Assembly (NCBI GenBank): GCA_963736925.1
Contig: CAVTQP010000003.1
Span: 738,845 to 802,844, forward strand
DNA from: an uncultured Actinomycetes bacterium
GTDB lineage: Bacteria; Actinomycetota; Acidimicrobiia; Acidimicrobiales; CAVTQP01
DNA: 64,000 bases
Reading direction: 5' to 3'
Numbering within the stretch: the stretch's first letter is position 1; every line of letters begins with the position of its first letter. This document shows positions 57,486 to 64,000 of the stretch, piece after piece. The notes beneath the pieces were generated by a model, which saw nothing but the letters and a program-made list of their open reading frames with translations, ran no database searches and was not told the DNA's origin. The position numbers and the translations under genes were made by a program.

Positions 57486-58493
57486 CTACGGGGTGTAACG
57501 GGTCTCGTGGCCGAGCCGGCGCGCGAGCAGGCCGTCATAGGCCTCTCGAGGCGTGCAATGGCCGGTGAGCACCCCGTGGACCTTCTCGCATATTGGCAGC
57601 TCGATGTGGTGGCGCGCTGCCAGCTCCATGACCGTGTCGGCCGTCCTCACGCCCTCCGCGATCATGCGTGTCTCGCCCAGGATGTCGTCGAGCTTGCGTC
57701 CCTTTCCCAACTCTTCACCGAGTCTTCGGTTGCGGCTCTGGGGGCTCATGCAGGTTGCGAGCAAATCCCCCATGCCGGTGATCCCGGCGAAAGTCGCAAG
57801 CTTGCCTCCCATTGCCATGCCGACTCTGGTCAGCTCGCTGAGGCCTCGGGTCATCACCGCCGCACGGGTGTTGTCTCCCACCGCTAGCGCCTGGGCCATT
57901 CCGGAAGCAATGGCTATGACGTTCTTCAGCGAACCGCCGATCTCGCAACCGATGACGTCGTCATTCGTGTAGACCCGGAAGGAGCCCGTGGAGAAGACGT
58001 CCTGCAGGCGCTCGGCGATGTCCGGATCCTCTATTCCGACGACGCTCACAGCCGCATGCCCTTCCATGATCTCCCGAGCCAGGTTGGGGCCGGTTAGCAC
58101 GCCCGCGGGATGGCCGGGAAGCACCTCGCCTATCACCTGGGTCATCCTCGACAGGGTGCCCTGCTCGAGTCCCTTGGTGAGGCTCACCACTGGGATTCTC
58201 CGCCGCACATGGGACGAGGCCGCCTCGAGAACCTGGCGCGCACCGTGTGAGGGAACGGCAACGACCAGAACGTCAGCTTTCGAGACGGCTGCTGCCAGGT
58301 CGTCGGTGGCGCGCAAGGTCTCGGGCAGCTCGAGCTCGGGGAGGTAGACCGAATTTGTATGGTCGGCGTCGATCTCCTTTGCCAGAGCGGAGCTTCGTGC
58401 CCACAGCAACGTCGGGTTGTGAGTGCTGGTCAGGCTGGCGACGGTCGTTCCCCACGATCCGGCGCCGACGACGGTTATGTGCTGAGGGTTCAC
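57486..58493 (-). CDS. gpsA: NAD(P)H-dependent glycerol-3-phosphate dehydrogenase
   Basis: 'ITVVGAGSWGTTVA', 'GPNLAREI', 'GGSLKNVIAIASG', 'AEGVRTA'. It overlaps the plsB stop by 4 nt. Confidence 0.9.
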   Translation of the reverse strand: MNPQHITVVGAGSWGTTVASLTSTHNPTLLWARSSALAKEIDADHTNSVYLPELELPETLRATDDLAAAVSKADVLVVAVPSHGARQVLEAASSHVRRRIPVVSLTKGLEQGTLSRMTQVIGEVLPGHPAGVLTGPNLAREIMEGHAAVSVVGIEDPDIAERLQDVFSTGSFRVYTNDDVIGCEIGGSLKNVIAIASGMAQALAVGDNTRAAVMTRGLSELTRVGMAMGGKLATFAGITGMGDLLATCMSPQSRNRRLGEELGKGRKLDDILGETRMIAEGVRTADTVMELAARHHIELPICEKVHGVLTGHCTPREAYDGLLARRLGHETRYTP

Positions 58494-60907
58494 CTATGCG
58501 CGCCGCTACGAGTCCGATTCGAGAGATCGGACACCAGCTGCGCCCTGTGACTGAGCAGAGAGAGCTCCTTTGCAAAATCTTGCCTGAGCTTGCCGAGCTC
58601 GGGGCCGCTCGAGAGCAAGTGCCGGTGATCGGCAAGGCGAACTGCCGTGGCGAACAGCACCTGCGACACCGACTCGGCACTGTGGACGAGTCCCTGGCGG
58701 CAGTACTGGCGACCGAGCTCCAGGCACTCGGCCATGAAGCCCGGTTCGTCGACGGGCGCTCCTTCGGTCGCCACGGCCTGGTTGCCGTGAGAGGCGAGAG
58801 CGTCGGCCGTCACCAGGTAGGCCTCGAGAAAGGGTCTAAGCACCCGATGGGCGTTCAAAGGTGAGAGCTCGTCCATTAGCGGGCCGATCCTGTCCGGACC
58901 TTGCGATACGTCGTCGACCCAACCAGGACATCGGGTGGCCATCTCATGGGAGAGGTCGCGGCGGAACTGTCCCTTCCCGGGGAAGAAGAACTCGAACTTG
59001 AGCAGGTCGCGTAGCGCCATCACCTCGTCCCAGAAACGCTCGATCCCCGACGATCCCGTGTCCTGAAGCTTGAGCAGAGCCAGCTCCGCGATTGCGGAAT
59101 TGACAAAGAAGTGAACGATGCTGTTCCGGTAGTAGGCCGCAGCCAGCTGCTGGTCGTCCGGTATCGAGAACACCGTCTCACCGTCCCTGTCTCCTTTGAC
59201 CACTACTCCGTGGCCGACAAGGGAGTCGATGACCTCGGCGGTGGACCCCTTTGCATCCACCAGGGAGGGGACGGCGGGCAGGCGGCGACGCGCTATGTAT
59301 TCGGCGAGCTCGGCCACCTCCGCCGTGATGGCGTGCCGTGAGGTGGGCTCGGCGGAGTGGCCGAGCATGACCATTGCCACCACGGCTGTGGCGGTGATCG
59401 GGGTGACCTGGTTGATCCGCACCGCTACTTCGAAGGCGACCTTTTGAAGGTCTATTTCCGGGTCGTCGGTGGGGTCCAGCACATCCTCGGAGTACGCGGC
59501 CCTTCGGGACCCGAGGGCCTCTCGCAGGGATATCGGCTCGGCCAGGTTCACATGAACCCTCCCGTAGCCCTGCCGGAGCGACCGCAGGTAGTCGAGAAAG
59601 AACCGGAAGTCCTCTTTGGTCTTGAGGCCACCTCTGGCTTCGGTCACATAGCAGCTGACGTCGTAGAGGTGGTCGTAGGTGATGGCTACCGGTTGCAGCA
59701 GCAGGTCTTCCACTCGTCCGGCGAGGTAGGCGTCCACCACGTACTTGAGCAGCCCCATCTTGGGAGGGAGGAGCTTTCCCGTTCGGGAACGGCCTCCCTC
59801 CATGTACCACTCGAGATTGAAGCGGTGCTCCAGCACATATCCCAGGTACTGGCGCAGGACGAAGCGGTATACGGGGTCCCCTCGGAACGAACGTCGGATG
59901 AAGATCCCCCCGGCCGAGCGGAAGAGCGAGCTGACGGGGAAGAACTTGATGTTCGCTCCACCGAAGGTGTGGTTGTGTGGAAGGTTCTGCTCGTGGAGCA
60001 CCCACGAGAGGACTATCGGGTCAAGGTAGGTTCGGTGCGACGGTAGGAAGACCACGGGGTGGTCGCGCATCCGCCTCCGTAGGGTTTCGAACTGCCTGCG
60101 GTCGTAATCAATGTGGGGGTCGTAGCCCATCGTCAGGACCCGCCGGTAGAGGGCGGCGATGAGGTCGATGACATACTTGCTGTGCCCGGCGGCCATCTCC
60201 CGGAGATCCGCTTCCGCGTCACGCAATATCTCTTGTTCGGCTCTGCCGATGGCCGCGGCCAGCCGTGACACTCCGGACTTGAAGGATGCCGTCGCAAGTA
60301 TTTCCTCCACCACGAGGTGGGGGACCTTGTACCGAGAGCCCGTGAGCTCCCGCTCTGCGCGCTCCGCGGCGAGGGCGGCTTGCCGTGTCACAAAAGAAGC
60401 GAACTCCTCAATGTTCCCCGCGCTCGCACCCACGCGTTGCTCGAACCGGCGCCGCAGCTCGCTCGCCGAGGCCGGTTCTCCGGAGATCACGGCGTATCTC
60501 TCGGGGTGTCGTCTGAGGGTGATCAGTTGTTTGGCGGTGCCCGGCCGGCGCGGGTTGCCGAGCAAGAGGTCTCGTAGGCGGGCGGCGCCGCTTGCAGCCC
60601 CTCCCGGCGGGAGCCATGCGGCACGGACCGGGACCAGCAGGGGATCGTCATCCGCCCCGAGCCTCCGGATCAGAGGCAGTGGGGGTGAGGATCTGGCGGA
60701 GGATCGGGCCGGCGACCTGCCGTCGGTCACCGCTATGCGGTCGATCCGGCCGGCGCTCGCGTCGGGCTGGTGCCGGTCGATCCACACGTTGCAGAGGTCC
60801 TGCTCGACCTCGGTGCGCGCGAGGATCAGGTAGACCACGGGTACCTCTCCGCCGCCCTGTGGCTCGGAGAGCTGCTCGTCGTCCGCGCGAGTGGCCAAGG
60901 TGGTCAT
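58490..60907 (-). CDS. plsB: PlsB-type glycerol-3-phosphate acyltransferase
   Basis: 805 aa. The acyltransferase HX4D box is 'FLPSHRTYLDPIVL', followed by 'FFPGKGQFRRD' and 'EGGRSRTGKLLPPKMGLL'. It overlaps the upstream gene by 4 nt. Confidence 0.85.
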   Translation of the reverse strand: MTTLATRADDEQLSEPQGGGEVPVVYLILARTEVEQDLCNVWIDRHQPDASAGRIDRIAVTDGRSPARSSARSSPPLPLIRRLGADDDPLLVPVRAAWLPPGGAASGAARLRDLLLGNPRRPGTAKQLITLRRHPERYAVISGEPASASELRRRFEQRVGASAGNIEEFASFVTRQAALAAERAERELTGSRYKVPHLVVEEILATASFKSGVSRLAAAIGRAEQEILRDAEADLREMAAGHSKYVIDLIAALYRRVLTMGYDPHIDYDRRQFETLRRRMRDHPVVFLPSHRTYLDPIVLSWVLHEQNLPHNHTFGGANIKFFPVSSLFRSAGGIFIRRSFRGDPVYRFVLRQYLGYVLEHRFNLEWYMEGGRSRTGKLLPPKMGLLKYVVDAYLAGRVEDLLLQPVAITYDHLYDVSCYVTEARGGLKTKEDFRFFLDYLRSLRQGYGRVHVNLAEPISLREALGSRRAAYSEDVLDPTDDPEIDLQKVAFEVAVRINQVTPITATAVVAMVMLGHSAEPTSRHAITAEVAELAEYIARRRLPAVPSLVDAKGSTAEVIDSLVGHGVVVKGDRDGETVFSIPDDQQLAAAYYRNSIVHFFVNSAIAELALLKLQDTGSSGIERFWDEVMALRDLLKFEFFFPGKGQFRRDLSHEMATRCPGWVDDVSQGPDRIGPLMDELSPLNAHRVLRPFLEAYLVTADALASHGNQAVATEGAPVDEPGFMAECLELGRQYCRQGLVHSAESVSQVLFATAVRLADHRHLLSSGPELGKLRQDFAKELSLLSHRAQLVSDLSNRTRSGAHR

Positions 60908-62364
60908 CGGCCCGGGGATCGTCCTCGTGCTGGATCTCCGGGCCAGTCGGCAAGTGAGTCGACGTATAGCTGCCTCACTGCGCTTATGCGGTCGGGAAGG
61001 TTATGAACCTCCCAATCCTCCACGCCGATGGGCTCGAGCACCGCGACGTCCACCATGCCCGGACGGACAGCGGCGGCTCCTCGCGGCAGCACGTCCGCGG
61101 AGTTTCGGATCACGATCGGCACGACTGGCACGCGCCCCTGCATCGCGATGCGGAACGGCCCCTTCTTGAACGGGAGCAACCGCCCGGTCGGAGAGCGCGT
61201 TCCTTCGGGGGCTACGAGGATCGAAATGCCCTCGTCGAGCTTGGTGGTCACCTTTCGGAGGGCAGCGACCGCCTGGGCCTGGTCGGTCCTGTCCACGAAG
61301 ACTACGTCGCCGAAGGTGAGCAGCGGCTTGAGTCCGGGAATGCGCGCCAGCTCGGACTTGGCGACGCCCGTCACGTCTCGCTTGATCAGGCTCAGAGCGA
61401 TCAGAGGGTCGAAGTTGCTCTGATGGTTGTAGATGAACACCGCCGGGCGGTTGGCCCAGAGGTGGTCTTGACCGACGACGTCGAGCTTCACATGGCTTGC
61501 GGCCAGGGCCCACTCGGTCCACAGCTCAGTGCTCAGGTTGAGCCACTGGCGTCGATCGCGGTTCAACAGGGCAGGTGGTAGGGCCGCAAGCAGGGAAGGG
61601 GTGAGTCCCCCGACGGCCCCCACCGTTCGCAGGACGTCCGCGGCATTGGCGCGACGGCGGCTGGTGAAGCGCAACACCGGCCAGCCGTGACGCTGGGCCG
61701 TGCCGTAGAGACGGGAGTCGGGATTGGTCGGCCTGGGCTTCCCGACGGCTTCGAGGAGGGGGACGTCCTCGTTGCCGTTGGCGTAGAACCAGGACCCCCC
61801 GAGCTCGATCCCGTTGTCGGCGGTGAACTTCATGGCCGCCTCCATCTTTCCGGGTCCCCAACGGTCTTCGGACAACCTGCCCGTGAACTTTCCGTCTGCG
61901 ACTTCGAGCTCGGTGCAAAGCACGTGCTCGACGCCGAGGTCCCTGGCGATGGGGCCCACCTGGTACGGCGACGCCGAGGAGCAAAGGGCGACGGTGTGCC
62001 CTCTTGCCTGGTGTGCGTCGATCAGCTGACGCGCCTCCGGGTAGACGCGACCGCCGAGCTTGTCCTCGAACAGCCGCTCGCCGATCCGGGCGAGCTCCCC
62101 TTCCTCCATTCCCCTCAACAGCCGGTAGCTCGCGAGGTACAGGGACTTGGCGTCGAGGCGGCCACCGCCGATTTGGGGCATGCCCGTCATCAGGCGAGCG
62201 AGCCGGGCGGGCTTCCACCGGTCTGGTCGCAGCTGGTCCTGGGCGAACACCGCTGCCGAGTAACCCTTCAGAACCGTGCCGTCCAAGTCGAAGAAGGCAC
62301 CCACCTCGGGCCCTTTAGGCGCCTTGGCGACTTCCTCGACCTCCTCGATGAAGCCCCGGACCAT
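60904..62364 (-). CDS. plsC: Fusion protein: HAD-IB phosphatase domain + PlsC-type lysophospholipid acyltransferase domain
   Basis: The HAD motif I is 'AFFDLDGTVLKGYS'. The acyltransferase HX4D is 'FIYNHQSNFDPL', followed by 'VAPEGTRS'. The architecture and its adjacency to plsB match mycobacterial plsC-plsB2. Confidence 0.85.
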   Translation of the reverse strand: MVRGFIEEVEEVAKAPKGPEVGAFFDLDGTVLKGYSAAVFAQDQLRPDRWKPARLARLMTGMPQIGGGRLDAKSLYLASYRLLRGMEEGELARIGERLFEDKLGGRVYPEARQLIDAHQARGHTVALCSSASPYQVGPIARDLGVEHVLCTELEVADGKFTGRLSEDRWGPGKMEAAMKFTADNGIELGGSWFYANGNEDVPLLEAVGKPRPTNPDSRLYGTAQRHGWPVLRFTSRRRANAADVLRTVGAVGGLTPSLLAALPPALLNRDRRQWLNLSTELWTEWALAASHVKLDVVGQDHLWANRPAVFIYNHQSNFDPLIALSLIKRDVTGVAKSELARIPGLKPLLTFGDVVFVDRTDQAQAVAALRKVTTKLDEGISILVAPEGTRSPTGRLLPFKKGPFRIAMQGRVPVVPIVIRNSADVLPRGAAAVRPGMVDVAVLEPIGVEDWEVHNLPDRISAVRQLYVDSLADWPGDPARGRSPGR

Positions 62365-62630
62365 CGAGCCACCATCCTTGTTGGGCCACCGACCCTTCGC
62401 AGGTCACCGGCCGTGCTGCCCCGAGAGTACCGTCGTCGAGCCACGCGTGCCGCTCGACTGGCTGTCCGAGGAGGAGGTCCAGCCTGATGAGGGCCCTCGC
62501 AGCCATGCAGGCCAGGAGACCGAACCAACTGAGCCAGCCACAGCACATGCGGGCCCGTCACGTTTCGATCAACCATTGCAGATCTGGGTAGGAACAGGTC
62601 CGGGACCGCGAGAAAGGTGTCGGACAGGAC

Positions 62631-63002
62631 ATGCTCAGCGACGACGAGATCAAACTGCTCAACGAGCGGCAGCTTGCCCAGGTGGCCACCGTCATGCCCG
62701 ACGGCTCACCCCAGCTGACAGCAGTGTGGGTCGATACCGATGGTGACGCCGTTATCTTCAACACGGCAAAGGGGAGGGTCAAGCACCGCAACATCCTCCG
62801 CGACCCACGCATCGCGGTGCTCGTGGCGGACAAGGATGACTTCTATCGGACCTTCTCCGCCCGAGGCAGAGCCGAGCTGGTCGAAGAAGGAGCCGACGAG
62901 CACATCGACGCCCTCGCACGCAAGTATCTGGGGGCCGACACGTATCCGTTTCGCTCCCCGGACGAGGAGCGAGTCATCGTGCGATTGGTTCCCGGGACCT
63001 AG
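62631..63002 (+). CDS. PPOX-class (pyridoxamine 5'-phosphate oxidase fold), probably F420-dependent protein
   Basis: 'LAQVATVMPDGSPQLTAVWVDTDGDAVIFNTAKGRVKHRNILRDPRIAVLV', 'ALARKYLG'. Confidence 0.8.
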   Translation: MLSDDEIKLLNERQLAQVATVMPDGSPQLTAVWVDTDGDAVIFNTAKGRVKHRNILRDPRIAVLVADKDDFYRTFSARGRAELVEEGADEHIDALARKYLGADTYPFRSPDEERVIVRLVPGT

Positions 63003-63039
63003 ATTCTCTTCATTCCCGAGGCATCCTGGAGGACGGAGG

Positions 63040-63894
63040 GTGGATCTGGAGCTTCATCCCTGGAACAGGGCGTTCAGCTGGACCGACCACCGGGGGCCGT
63101 TTCGCCTCCTGACAGCCGAGCAGGTGCGCGACTTCGACGAGCTCGGTTTCATCGTCATCGACGGCCTGCTGGAGGGACCGACCCGGGAGCGGACTCTTGA
63201 GGAGATCGATCATCTTGAGGCGACGAGCAGGGAAGCCCTCCTGTCACAGCCCGATCACCGAGCGTTCATCGCCGAAGCCGGCGCCATCACGTTCTCGGTT
63301 CACCTCGTGAGACGCTCCTCATGGCTGCGCCAGCTCTCCGCCACCGAGGCTCTCGTCGATATCTGTCATGACCTGATCGGTCCTGACGCCCGTCTGTACT
63401 GGGACCAAGCGGTCTACAAGGCCCCGGAGAAGCCTCGCCGCTTTCCTTGGCACCAGGACAACGGCTACAAGTTCGTGGACCCACAGCAGTACCTCACGTG
63501 CTGGGTGGCCCTGACGGACGCCACGCCTGACAACGGGTGTCCGTGGGTGGCGCCGGGGCTCCACCGCCTCGGCACCTTGCGGCACGAGTACGTGGATCCC
63601 TTGGGTTTCGAGTGCTTCAGGGACTGGCCAGAAGCGGTCGCAGCACCCGTAAAGGCCGGAGGAGCCGTTGTGTTCTCGTCGTTGACGCCGCATCTCACCG
63701 GCCCGAACACAACCGGTACGGTGAGGAAGGCCTACATACTCCAGTACGCCCCCGAAGGGGCCCGCGCCCTGGTCGGTGTACCGCCACAGCCGCCTACGGC
63801 ACGGGAGGCGTGCGACGCGCCGGACCGCCAGTACCCTGTGCTCGCCGGGGGTCGTGGCGTGCCGCCACCTCCCCTGCCGCTCACCCGCCCCTGA
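63040..63894 (+). CDS. Phytanoyl-CoA dioxygenase (PhyH) family Fe(II)/2-oxoglutarate oxygenase
   Basis: 'FDELGFIVIDGLL', the HxD iron site 'FPWHQDNGY', and 'GGAVVFSSLTPHLTGPN'. The start is taken at GTG 63040. The upstream part of the tracked ORF overlaps the PPOX gene in another frame. Confidence 0.75.
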   Translation: MDLELHPWNRAFSWTDHRGPFRLLTAEQVRDFDELGFIVIDGLLEGPTRERTLEEIDHLEATSREALLSQPDHRAFIAEAGAITFSVHLVRRSSWLRQLSATEALVDICHDLIGPDARLYWDQAVYKAPEKPRRFPWHQDNGYKFVDPQQYLTCWVALTDATPDNGCPWVAPGLHRLGTLRHEYVDPLGFECFRDWPEAVAAPVKAGGAVVFSSLTPHLTGPNTTGTVRKAYILQYAPEGARALVGVPPQPPTAREACDAPDRQYPVLAGGRGVPPPPLPLTRP

Positions 63895-64000
63895 ACATCA
63901 CCAGCCACTGGTCGAGACTTTGTGGCCTGAAGACGTAATTGACGCGGCGGGTCTCTCCCATGGAAGCCGAGGGTGAGGGCGAGTACAGATGTCCGGGAAA

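Overview
High-GC, actinobacterial-type chromosome segment. The phylum call rests on F420-type enzymes, DUF732, an AtsA-like sulfatase, plsB/plsC-HAD synteny and Ku/LigD. It falls into three blocks.

(1) 1-13.6 kb is a conserved housekeeping neighbourhood: ybeY, a CBS/CorC hemolysin-like gene, era, a DinG-like helicase on the opposite strand, uppS, recO, glyQS, ppdK, dnaG and rpoD/sigA. Several of these genes are joined by 4-nt ATGA/GTGA overlaps.

(2) 14.0-35.5 kb starts with tRNA-Asn and tRNA-Met, followed by two tandemly accreted integrated elements. They are delimited by three copies of the tRNA-Met 3' half.
- Island 1 (~14.5 kb) carries a frameshifted tyrosine integrase, an xis-like HTH, a wHTH rep-like gene cut by an IS256-family IS, and furA-katG. 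It also carries an AAA-less ClpC-N/ClpX-zinc-ribbon protein, IPT/TIG and PRC-barrel proteins, a badly decayed amidohydrolase and a second excisionase-type HTH.
- Island 2 (~6.9 kb) has no integrase. It carries a deazaflavin-type nitroreductase, a DUF732 protein, an internally duplicated membrane histidine kinase with a NarL-type regulator, and a membrane protein. An ISL3 transposase remnant follows it.

(3) 36-64 kb holds core and metabolic genes: DUF3237, an alpha/beta hydrolase, DUF488, metE, two LLM-type oxidoreductases, a TauE exporter, and a 908-aa secreted beta-propeller/PKD/triple-repeat protein. Then come an MFS transporter, an arylsulfatase and an HNH-motif lipoprotein with a coding tandem repeat. 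An NHEJ locus follows (DUF72-ligD, ligD-pol, ku, NUDIX), then gpsA-plsB-plsC/HAD, a PPOX-family protein and a PhyH dioxygenase.

Many recognisable genes are interrupted by single-base frameshifts: ppdK twice, probably dnaG, int, furA, the IS256 transposase, the sulfatase, DUF3237 and the amidohydrolase. Either the assembly carries indel errors or gene decay is widespread.

I saw no rRNA gene and no CRISPR array. All functional calls come from recognising motifs by eye in the supplied translations. No database search or statistics were run, and frameshift positions are approximate.
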